This document shows, one piece after another, positions 1-10,629 of a DNA stretch of 64,000 nucleotides; within the stretch, counting starts at the first letter, position 1; each line of letters begins with the position of its first letter. Source of the stretch: Eledone cirrhosa (Eukaryota); contig CAXHJY010001753.1 in the NCBI GenBank assembly GCA_964016885.1, positions 1-64,000 on the forward strand. The letters run 5' to 3'. The notes beneath the pieces are model-generated. The model was not told the DNA's origin, did not search any database, and saw nothing but the letters and a program-made list of their open reading frames with translations. Made by a program: the position numbers and the translations under genes.

Positions 1-250
1 TGCATGTAATTGTTCTCACCGCTCCAAATAATGACGCATTATCTTCGGGTTTTTTTCGTTCTTTGCCAGGCACGTCTCCACGAACCAAACTATCGTCTTC
101 CTGTGTTCCTTCGGTTGCAACGTTTTTCGAAATATTTACTTCTGCGTTTACAGATTGATTTTTTTAGTTTCAGAAGATACCGTTGGGGGCGGAAGCAGCG
201 ATTCTTTGCTTAGACTTTAATCTGTTATTTTAATTAATATATATATATAT

Positions 251-533
251 ATAAATGTAATCTGAGTTTTTCGAATATTAATAACATTCGATTCGTTTGC
301 AATTATGCAAACAAGCCTCATTTTAAAAGCCATGTCAGTAGAATGAACCCTTCATTCTTGCTCTTGTGAACAGTGAGCTGTACTGATGAAGGGTGATACC
401 CAGAAACATTAGTGTCTGCAGTTCTGTTTTCATGCCAACACAAGGGCAAGAATGATGTTGTTCATTCTACTGAAATGGCTTTAAAAAATGAGGCTTGTTT
501 GCATAACATTCGAAAAACCCAGATTACATTTAT
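251..533. repeat. Fold-back (inverted repeat) element, arms ~251-368 / ~438-533, flanked by (TA)n, hammerhead in the loop
   Basis: ataaatgtaatctgag...ttatgcaaacaagcctcatttt...gtagaatgaac...cattcttgctcttgtg is the imperfect reverse complement of cacaagggcaagaatg...gttcattctactg...aaaatgaggcttgtttgcataa...cagattacatttat. Confidence 0.85.
375..424 (+). ncRNA. Type I hammerhead ribozyme motif
   Basis: gagctgta CTGATGA a-gggt-gat-accc-a GAAAC attagt GTC tgcagttc: stem I 8 bp (2 G-U), conserved core boxes, 4-bp stem II, short stem III, GUC cleavage triplet. Confidence 0.7.
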
Positions 534-541
534 TGTATTCA

Positions 542-604
<63 letters not shown>

Positions 605-653
605 TTTTCGCTCTCCATGGCTGAATACAATAAATGTAATCTGAGTTTAATTA

Positions 654-1397
654 GGAATATACTCAGGTATTTCTTAATGTTTGTTGAGTGAGTTGGAATT
701 TGGCCGGAGTATCGCTATTAGCTTTCTCCGATTATGTATTTATATATTTACTCTTGGAGCAACAGATATGAACTTTCCGATATAAGGTATGACTCTCTTT
801 GTTTATTTTTTATATGAATATTGATTGTTTGTTCTTGTATCTCATTCTGTTATTTTGCCCGAGAAAATATCTGTGTCATCAAGCGATGCGCACATATGGT
901 TATTTTTTCATATCCAATTGAGTTCTAGCACGTGGCTTGAATTCTTTTCAGAATTCATTGACCTGCGCATGTATTGTTTTTTGGCGGTAGTCTCCTTTCT
1001 CCTGTTTTCGAGACAGTGTGAAATTTTCTTTAGAGCTGCTGGACTAACAACCTAGCAGTTCCCTCAAGTACTGATGGTGATTATCGCTAAATATTGATGT
1101 TGAGTTGGTTATCAATATTAATATTATTGAATAAGAATCTGTTGATCTTATACAAGCTTCTACATAAATTGGTATAATTTCACCCAACTTGTAGAAATCT
1201 TATAGTGAAACGAGTCGTCTGGGAAGAGATATATTTGATATATCTCAAACGAAATGATACAGCCTATTTTCCACACAATGCAATTAGTTAGCACCCCGAA
1301 CGTTTTATTTGGAATATACTCAGGTATTTCCTAATGTTTGTTGAGTGAGATGGAATTTGGCCGGAGTATCGCTATTAGCTTTCTCCGATTATGTATT
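654..1397 (+). mobile_element. Non-autonomous element with ~87-bp terminal direct repeat (654-740 / 1311-1397) and a decayed hammerhead; related to 41090-41400 and 42720-43010
   Basis: ggaatatactcaggtatttc...ttctccgattatgtatt occurs twice 657 bp apart; cttctacataaa...caacttgtagaaa.cttata.tgaaac and ttttccaca.aat...gttagcacccc shared with the 41.1 kb and 42.9 kb copies. Confidence 0.65.
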
Positions 1398-1651
1398 AAT
1401 ATATATATATATATTTCAAAAACCAAGTACATATATAGTATTAATATATAAGGAAACAAAGAATCAGTGTTGAATCATAGTTTAAAATTTGGTGGTTTAC
1501 CACTGGCTAGAATTGCTCATTTTGCAATATTGACCGTGACGTAATATGAGAAAAACAACGCAACTCATCCATTTCTGATGTTAAATCATGTTGGTAGTGC
1601 GGGAACGGAGTAAATATGTTGAATTTCCTTCATTATTTAATTCTGCAAAAT

Positions 1652-1838
1652 AGGGCGGTGGATTGGCAGTATCGGTAGAGGGTCGGACGCCATGCTTTCC
1701 AGCATAGTTATGTCCCTTTACGATCTAAGTTCAAATCCCGCCGAGGTTGACTTTGCCTTTCATCCTTACGGGGTCGATAAAATAAAGTACCAGTAATGCA
1801 CTGGGTAATTGCTGGCCTTGTGCCTAAAGTAGAAACAA
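1652..1838 (+). mobile_element. tRNA-derived SINE (dominant family) with target-site duplication
   Basis: A-box tggcagtatcgg, B-box gttcaaatcc, core ctttgcctttcatccttacggggtcgataaaataaagtaccag, tail ggccttgtgcctaaagtagaaacaatt; TSD attatttaattctgcaaa on both sides. Confidence 0.9.
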
Positions 1839-2168
1839 TTATTTAATTCTGCAAACACTATGCACATTTCAGTGGCCCGGTTGCGTAAGAACCCGGTGAC
1901 ATCGGTGTAAATTGCGAAACAGGTGTATCCCAATGGAATGATGGTAAACTTTAAAGAGACAAGCAAAGAAAAAAAAATGAAAGAGAAGGACGAAGCAGCC
2001 TGTTACTACAATGCTTCCCCGTCTCTGAATCAAAAGCATTGTAGCAACTTGCTGCTTCGCCCGTCTCTTAGTCAAAAACTTAAATACACTCTTTTTCTCT
2101 GTTTTTTTCTTTGCTTGTTTCCTTAAAGTTTACCAGCATTCCGTTGGTATACACTTATTAAGCAATTT

Positions 2169-2226
2169 ACACCTGAAGAAGTCACTCTGTTCTTACGCAA
2201 CCTGGCCACTGAAATGTGCGTAGTGT
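2169..2226 (+). ncRNA. Decayed type I hammerhead motif in right arm of fold-back
   Basis: acac CTGAAGA agt...act GAAA tgtgc GTA gtgt; stem III looks like a CpG-decayed acgcgcgt palindrome. Confidence 0.5.
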
Positions 2227-2417
2227 TTGCAGAAATAAATAATTAATGAAATTTAACATATTTACTCCGTTCCCGCACTACCAACATGATTCAACATCAG
2301 AAATGGATGAGTTGCGTGGTTTTTCTCATATTACGTCACGGTTAATATTGCAAAATGAGCAATTCTAGCCAGTGGTAACATATTTGGCCTCCTGTCTTTT
2401 AACTTATATATATATAT

Positions 2418-2493
<76 letters not shown>

Positions 2494-2528
2494 AGTGTGT
2501 GTATATATATATATATATATAATATATA

Positions 2529-2618
<90 letters not shown>

Positions 2619-4027
2619 TAGAAGAAAGTATACTCAGATATGTCAGATAAACAAAGATAGATCGATAGGGAGGGAAATATAGCTAAATAGAGAGATAAAG
2701 AGAAAGAATTAGAGAAAGAGAGAGTGAATTATTGAGAGCTTTTATTTATTTATTGATTGACTTTGTAATGAAAGGAAATATGTGATGGCACTGAGTGTTT
2801 GGTGATCTCTTAAGAGGTGAAGTCAGCGGCTTGTGATTAGTTTACTGACAGTCTCCATGAAGTAGTTAGCGGCAATTCATGATACACCAGTTCTTAACAC
2901 ATTCTTGACCGCATTTTCATCTACTGACCAGTGCCATATTACCCAAACGTAAGACGACTATTGCCCAACGAGAAATCCTTCAGTTGGTCGTTCTACCTAC
3001 TAGAAATAGCAGCTATATTTCCCCATAAATTATAATATACTGTCTATGATTAAAGTGGACAATGTAGTATAATATAGGTAGGTATGGTTACATACGGCGT
3101 TTCTAGGGCATTGTTAAACCTAGCCGAGTCCATCTCCTCTCCAGGTCTGAATATAGCAGATTTCTTCCAGGAAAGGATAGAGAGTTAGCGAATGGAAATG
3201 AGAAAGAGATATAGAGGAAGAATCGACCCCAATATTAGACTGGATGAAAATCAAAGTTGACTTCAATGGGATTTGAACTTAGAAAACCGAAACGTATACT
3301 GTGAAACTTTCTATCCGATGTTCTTATGGCTCTGCCAATTCGCCGCTATGAGATACATGATGCGTAAAAAATACAAATACAGGATGGTCATGCCTAAGAC
3401 CCTTTTGAGATTAGATCTTCTTAATCATGATCGACAATAACTACTTCGGTCTCATGGATTCTCTGTCCACCAGCTGCTCAGAGATCTAGTTGTATCGAAA
3501 TTACTCTAGGGAGTAAATGGAATTAAGCTTTCATCCTCACCAAACAACAAAGTAGGTGACCAATAGCATTCTTCTGGTATTCCCTTTCATATCCCCACTC
3601 CCATGCAACCAAAGCCAACAAACACAAAGCCCTTAAATGGTACCCTTGTAGCTACGCTTCAGAAAAACAGGCAATTTAATACTACATACGACATCTGCAG
3701 AAAATCCGTTGCCATCAATAATTGGGAGACGTTTACCGACTACTGCGACATCTCCAAAATGTCTATCAGAAACGAGAATGCCTCTTCTTGCATCACACGG
3801 ATTGCAATCTTTCTCAACATTCAAGTTTCAGTCCAATCTTGATGTTAACCAAAAGGATCTATACTAACTTTGATTAATTTTCTACACGCTGCTCCTGTAA
3901 TATTGATAGATCTGGAAGTAGCATCTCAGTGTTTTTTTCCCTTTTTATTTCAAACTCCCTATTGAGTACACTCAGAACATCTCTCAAACTCCTCATCTCC
4001 TCTTTTATCATAGTTATACATACATAA

Positions 4028-4350
4028 GGCGAATTGGCAGTTGTTAGAACGTTGGATAGAATGCTTTGCGGTGTTTGTTTCGGCTCTCTGAGTTCAAATC
4101 CCGTCGAAGTCAACTTTGCCTTTCATCCATTTAAGGTTGATAAAAAAGGACCAGTCAAGTATTTGGGTCAATTCTTCCTTCATATTTCTTTCTCTCTTCC
4201 ATTCTCTCCTTCTTTATCCTTCTCTGGATTCAAACATGGAAAGAAGATGGGCTCCGGCAAGTTTAAAAATGCCCTAGAAACGCCGTATGTCAATATAGCG
4301 CAACTACGAGTACGGGACATGCATATATACTTAGTCAACAAGTGTAACAT
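4028..4350 (+). mobile_element. Older SINE subfamily (same head/core, different tail); relatives at ~17928-18240, ~29270-29550 and reverse ~3060-3345
   Basis: ggcgaattggcag...gagttcaaatcccg...ctttgcctttcatcc...gataaaa then a CT-rich stretch and ctggagaggag/ctagaaacgccgtatgt-type tail. Confidence 0.7.
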
Positions 4351-5582
4351 TTCTTTCGATGATTTCAACCCAATAAGGGACGGTCTTTGAAGTGTTGCTT
4401 ACATCGCCAGAAAACAGTGTGCTCCAGAGTAATGTCCCTCACCAACCACTGAGAGATTTCATTTTCTACAATTGTATACTCCAATGGAGGAAACTTATCA
4501 ACCATGAGTCTAGTTTTCAAAAAGAGACATCCCTTGGTCACATCTAAATACTCAAATACGACGGAAAGTGTTGTAAATAACCTTACCCTGTATCACCTTT
4601 AGTATCTTTCCTGTCTCAGTGATATTCAGAACGGTTTCTGTAGTGTCAGAGTAATTGGAAACTGAGAATTGCTGCAAAAGCTACCCATTTATGAGTATCA
4701 TGTATTACTCATATTTTAGTTTAAACGTTTCAGTGAGACTAATATACTATTAAAATTCGGTTACGTTGATTACACTCTTTTATATTTCTAATCCTTCTTG
4801 ACCTTATTGAAAAAAACATACAAACGACCAAGGATACAATCTACAAATGTTTGAATGGAAATAATCATTCCTCTACACATTACAACTCTTGAATTACAGA
4901 CTTTGTCTCTCCTACTTTCACAACAAAACCATTTGCATATTTTTAGCCAAGGACCGCTTGAGACGCTCGGATCAGCATTGCTTCTGTCTCTTACTTATCT
5001 TACTCCGTACTAAATCCTTTGATTATTCCATCTTACTAAGTGCGACAAGTCATCTGAAAATCTCTCCAAGCTTTTTTAAAAACAAGCATTACTCGGTAGA
5101 ACTTCAAGTTGAACAATTTTACCTCGATCACATTAGTTTGGAAGAGCCTGCAAATAGCGTGGGTGCTGTTTTGACTAAATTAAAAAAATCAGTGACGTAA
5201 GAAAGATTCCCGAATTAATTAACTAAAAACATATACGTCAAAAGATTCCCGAATTAATTAACTAAAAAACATATACGTCAAAACCACAATTTTTGTTAGC
5301 TTCAAAGACATGACTCGCTTTCAGGGGAAACAAATATTTCATTGACGTTTACGAGATTTATTTTGTCGTCTCCAGAGAAAAGAAACAAAAGGTCAACTCT
5401 GGTGTTATCAGAACGAACTAAATTAAATACTGTAAATAGTTGTTCACGTTTGTATAGGTTAAACTGTTAGCACATATAGCTTACTTCCACATAACGTGTT
5501 GTTTACTCCTTTCATTTGTTTTTAAACACAGTTGTATATACACACACACACGCATACACACACACATACATACATACATACA

Positions 5583-5611
<29 letters not shown>

Positions 5612-5613
<2 letters not shown>

Positions 5614-6220
5614 GGTGGCTGCCAACTCGTTTTCGAGTACGGCCACTACTTTATATCCATGTAGGAGAACACCTACCGATGGGCTGAACGAGTGTGACTT
5701 TTTAGTCCAGCCAGCGACTTGACAACTCTGGTACAAACACTAGACTTGTGACAATTATTAACACATAGTAGTGGGCCCATGGTACCATGTGACGACAAGT
5801 GCAGAGATATCTCCAGATATAAAGCAATGCTTGTGCCGTGAAGCTTTTATAGTGAGCAAAGGCACTGCACAAAGCCAGTCCCACTCTCTTAACCAAGATG
5901 ATATTTACCAAAAAGAAGAACAAGTCAACATCATTGCATACCATCAGAGTTGCAGGTGTTATATCAGAGTTTTCCTTCTCCTAGAATTCTGCCTTGACAA
6001 AGGCTAAGGGGTCATCTCTCCCGGTGATTTTGGATGGTCATTGTCTCTTAAGAGTTCCTTTGCCCTTTGACAGGTTTTGTTTTTAGTCCTGCAGGATGTC
6101 CAAAGTCACCCTCCTCACCAAGAAACCTTGGTGGGGTTGCCAGTTTAGTCGCCAACGACCCGACCATGAGACAGGTTGTACTGTGATACGTGTTACCAGT
6201 AGCACCAACTGGTGACCTGA
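5612..6220 (-). mobile_element. Non-autonomous RTE-related element (~600 bp) ending in (TATG)n; second 5'-truncated copy 6262-6605; related copy ~61170-61750; head fragment ~40720-40850 (+)
   Basis: 5612-5950 duplicated at 6262-6600; minus-strand cctttgtcaaggcagaattctaggagaaggaaaactctga resembles RTE 5'-region motifs; same order of blocks at 61170-61750. Confidence 0.6.
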
Positions 6221-7523
6221 CATACATACATACATACATACATACATACATACATACATACATGGTGGCTGCCAACTCGTTTTCGAGTACGGCCACTACT
6301 TTATATCCATGTAGGAGAACCCCTACTGATGCGCTGAACGAGTGTGACTTTTTAGTCCAGCCAGCGACTTGAAAACTCTGGTACAAACACTACACTTGTG
6401 ACAATTACTGACACATAGTGCTGGGCCCATTGTACCCTGTGATGACAAGTGCAGAGAGATCTCCAGATATAAAGCAATGCCTGTGCCGTGAAGCTTTCAT
6501 AGTGAGCAAAGGCACTGCACAAAGCCAGTCCCACTCTCTTAACCAAGATGATATTTACCAAAAAGAAGAACAAGTCAACATCATTGGATACCACCAGGGT
6601 TGCAGTCACACAAAAACTAACAAAGCACAGAACGAACTTCAGGCGATCAATGTAAGATATAAATTTCAATTTAAGTATAAAAGTTGTAAACTTCATAATA
6701 TGACTCAAACAATATAATAATGCTGGAAAGGTCGTATACGGTAAACTGTTGAAGCATCGGTTGCTCTCCGATAGGTTTCTGGTCGAACAGGTAACAATGG
6801 AGACTTCCGGCGTTCTTGGTTGCCGGACCACCTCATTACTCACTACCAATGGGGTAGTGTTGGAATGAACCCCGCGAGCTGGTGTGGTTGTTCCAATAGT
6901 CTCCCTCCGGGGAAACGTTTTCTTCCTTCTGTCTGCTAATGTGCTTCCCCACTCAAGAATGTGCTCCCCCAAAACGCCCGGGCCTGTACCAGTGGGATAG
7001 TGATGCTGAATTGTACTATTACGTGTGGGACATTTTGTATATTGTAAAGCTTTCACTGTGCGCTTAGTTATTTGTGTGTGTGTGGGCGTATATGTATGTG
7101 TTTAATTATTTGTGTATGTGTGAGAGACTATACATATTATGTTGGTGTGTGCGTGTGTCTAGTTATTTGTGCATGTGTATTTTGTTACTTGTGCGTGTAA
7201 CTATCCGTGTTATGTATGTGTGTGTATGTGTGTGTGCGTGTGCGCGCGCGGGTGATTAACCATATAATGCCTATGTATTTGCTTGAATTTGGTGTCACCA
7301 GGTTCAAATATTCAACTGAGATTTCAACTACAAGAGTTTCATGTATGCTTCAATAAAGCGTTGAAGCGCTCCCTTACACAAAATAAAGAGGCCATAAAAC
7401 TCTTTGATTCCAGTAGGACATTGTCCAATCTGCTGGCCATTGTTTTATAACAAGACATTACAATACAATATATACAAGACATTACAATACAATATATACA
7501 ACACAATTACATAGAAAAACATT

Positions 7524-7712
7524 ATAATTGTTTCTAGTCTTGGTACAAGGCCAGCAATGACCCAGTGCATTACTGGTATTTTATTTTATCGACCCCGTAA
7601 GGATGAAAGGCAAAGTTAACTTCTGCGGGATTTGAACTCAGAATGGAAAGGGCCGTAACTCTATGCGTCAAAGCATGACGTGCGACCCTCTACCGATACT
7701 GCCAACCCACCG
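7524..7712 (-). mobile_element. SINE (dominant family)
   Basis: reverse-complement match to head, core and tail of the 1652-1838 copy. Confidence 0.85.
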
Positions 7713-8739
7713 GACAATACTACAGTAATATATACATGAAACCTGGAACGCAACAATACTAGATCTACTAATATCGAAATATCGAAAATTTACAGTTATA
7801 GCATATATCAAATTAATCATAAAAGTTTCAAGATTTTAATGGTTGAATGATTTTAAAATATGGTGCTGGCGATTTTACGATTTTGTGATCTTTTGCGACC
7901 AATTCAAAACTCAAGAACAATATGCCATTACTACAATTAATCTTTTGATGATGAGGTCCTGAAGGTCTCGAAACGTTAACAGATGTATGGGTTTAGATAC
8001 GTTATTGCTCTAAAGCAACAATAACGAACTAAGAAAATATGAAAAATCCTTAATAAACTTGAAAACAGACGTATTTTTATTATAATATATTTGAAAGAAA
8101 AGATGTTCCCTACTTGCACTCAAACACACGCTCGCATATACAGAGTAACCCAAAGACATACACACACACATATACACCATACACATATATATATATATTC
8201 GCAAATGAAAAAGATGTAAAATATTGTCTCCATTGTTTCTTCTCTCCCTTCCCCATTAATTACTAATTTCCTCTGATTCACCATTAATCTCCGTTTATAC
8301 TAACTGACACTCTTCCATAAATATATTTTGATTCTTTTCCCTCTCACTATCTTCCACTTTCTCTTTCTGTCACTTTACTCTCTCAGTATTTTCTTTTATT
8401 CTCACCACAATAAACATTACCCCTGTTTTACTTGTTCACTTATTCTCTCCTAACTTCTCTTTATCTTTTTTAATCAACAATTGCACTAATTTCACTATTC
8501 TCTCTTTATTATACTCTTCATTATTCTCTACGGACTATCTTAGTTCTCATTTTCTTGCACAACGTTTGCTTTCACATTCTCCACTCTTTTCTATCCTCCT
8601 ATTATCTTCCCTCAAGACTCCAGTTTTTATTTCTGATTTCTCTATCTTTCATTACAGTCACTTTACAGTCTCCTCACTTAGTGATAGCACTAACACAGAG
8701 TAATTCACAATATATAAAAACCTATATAAATTATGTTGG

Positions 8740-8890
8740 CGGGGTAAGTCGATTAAATCGTCTCCAGTGCGTTACTTGTATTTTATTTTATCAACCCGTA
8801 AGGATGAAAGGTAAAGTTAACTTTGGCGTAAAGGGACGTAAATCTATGCCGCAAAGCATGTTGCCCGACGCTCTACCGATACTGCCACTC
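8740..8890 (-). mobile_element. SINE, partially deleted
   Basis: ttttatcaacccgtaaggatgaaaggtaaagttaac...ctaccgatactgcca. Confidence 0.75.
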
Positions 8891-9970
8891 CACTGCTCTC
8901 ATTATGTTTACATATAATAATCACACCTCTAGTGCCGCTGTAAGTATTCAAACTGCGAACATGACGCAACAACCAGGATAAAAACAGCGGATGTATTTCT
9001 ACTGACGATATGTTCGTAGCTTGAATTCTAACAGTGAGACAGGATGCCTGTATATTTCTTAGACGTAAACATAATGAATATAGGCTCATATATACCTTTA
9101 TTCTGAATCACACTGTGTTAGTGCTATTGTTAATTAAAACTAACTGATCAAACTTGCCCTAAATATAAATAAGAATCCACGAAGAATAGTATGTTGTATG
9201 TTGTATGTTTAGAAGATCCTATGAGAAGATATCGTACAGATGTGTAAATGAACGCTCGCTTACGATTTGTAAGCACATCCACCGCTTTTATTCTGGTTGC
9301 CGGGGTAACTGCAACGTGTTCGCAGCTTAAATTCTGCTAGGGGGACTAGAAATACGAATATTATACGTAAACATGCAGTTATGTCTCTCTTTACTTTTAT
9401 CCTTACGGGGTCGATAAATTAAAGCACCAGTAATTCACTGGGGTCGATTTAATCGACTTTCCTTTCCGCCAAATTGCTAACCATGTAGCTAAATCAGAAA
9501 CCATTATATGAATTCATATATGAATTCATATACACCTTTATTCTTTATGGCCTTACTATTGCACTGGTTTTGGTCTAACATCATTCTTCTTTACCGTCTC
9601 TTTCTTGTATCCTTATTGTTCATTTCATTTACCCTTACTTTCCAATGTTTCTTTGCCCCGTCAATTTGTTTACTTCATTCTCCCTTTATTGTATTCCAAA
9701 CTCAAATCTAATCGTACTTACTTTTTAAACTCCTCCCGTTACTGTCGCCTTACTCTTCTTTTGCTCTCAACCTTTCTTTTCATTTTATTCCTCTCATTCT
9801 CTTATTTTAATCGACTTTCTCCACAACAATAAAATGTTGCCCTTGTGCGTAAATCAGAAACCACTATCCTATTTGCTCTATCCCTACTCATCGTTTGAGT
9901 TCCTTTATTTCAAGCCTGTTCGTCCGTAGCTATCAGTAGTCTCTTGTTTTACGCTCTCCATATTTTGTTC

Positions 9971-10180
9971 ACCGTTATTTTAAAAAAAATAGGGCGCTGG
10001 ATTGGCAGTATCGGTAGAGGGTCGGACGCCATGCTTTCCAGCATAGTTACGTCCCTTTACGATCTGAGTTCAAATCCCGCCGAGGTTGACTTTGCCTTTC
10101 ATCCTTACGGGGTCGATAAAATAAAGAACCAGTAATACACTTGGTAATTGCTGGCCTTGTGCCTAAAGTAGAAACAGTTA
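9971..10180 (+). mobile_element. SINE (dominant family)
   Basis: gggcgctggattggcagtatcggtagagggtcggacg...gagttcaaatcccgccgagg...gtagaaacagtt. Confidence 0.9.
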
Positions 10181-10629
10181 TTTAACAAAAAATTGGATTC
10201 GCTAGAAATACGGAAAGAAGCGAGTAAAAGAGAGCAAGATAGAGAAAGATAGAAAGAAAGGGAAAGATAGAAAGACAGACAAACAGAGAAGAAGAGAAAA
10301 TAAGAATATGCAGAGTAGAGAGAGAAGAGCCGAGAATGAAATAAATAAAAAACAGGGGAAAAAAGATGGCGATTAGGATAATTCCCGCGGTATTTTCTGG
10401 AAAAATACTAAAATGGAATCTAAAATATCAGTGAAGATGATGATAATTATGATGATGATGTTGATGACGTTAATGATGATGTTTATACTGATCATAGTGA
10501 TGACTTTGATGAATATGGTGGTGGGGATGATAATTATTGTTATGATAAGGACAATGAGGATGGTGATGATTGATTTTCATGATTATTGTGATGGTTAGGA
10601 TAATGGTTGGGGTTAAACGTCATAACATT

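Larger units (their letters stand above)
1497..2378. repeat. ~880-bp fold-back element (centre ~2015-2035), left arm interrupted by a SINE
   Basis: ttaccactggctagaattgctcattttgcaatatt... mirrors ...aatattgcaaaatgagcaattctagccagtggtaa; pairing continues inward to gttactacaatgctt / aagcattgtagcaac. Confidence 0.85.

Noticed and set aside
412-691. [12 protein letters not shown] and LSIY-type ORFs here and throughout the window
   Set aside because: Translations of (TA)n, (CA)n, (TACA)n and (TCTA)n microsatellites
1652-1745. SINE heads as tRNA genes
   Set aside because: A and B boxes present but no complete cloverleaf; they continue into the SINE core and tail
4587-4665. Possible extra minus-strand exon (SNYSDTTETVLNITETGKILKVIQ, strong gtaagg donor)
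   Set aside because: No M1 peptidase similarity and phase does not follow the 15601 exon
5202-5282. ~40-bp tandem duplication (similar ones at ~14940-14995 and ~58035-58145)
   Set aside because: Ordinary local slippage duplications with no further structure
6130-6220. HDV-like ribozyme at the head of the RTE-related element
   Set aside because: Could not build a consistent nested double pseudoknot by eye
6352-7056. 234-aa minus-strand ORF
   Set aside because: Runs through repeat-derived sequence; no recognisable domain or splice support
7945-7980. Further hammerhead-like relics (here and at ~9002, ~15405, ~26335, ~26720 minus, ~38050, ~45967)
   Set aside because: Several core or stem positions are broken; cannot be separated from chance without a consensus
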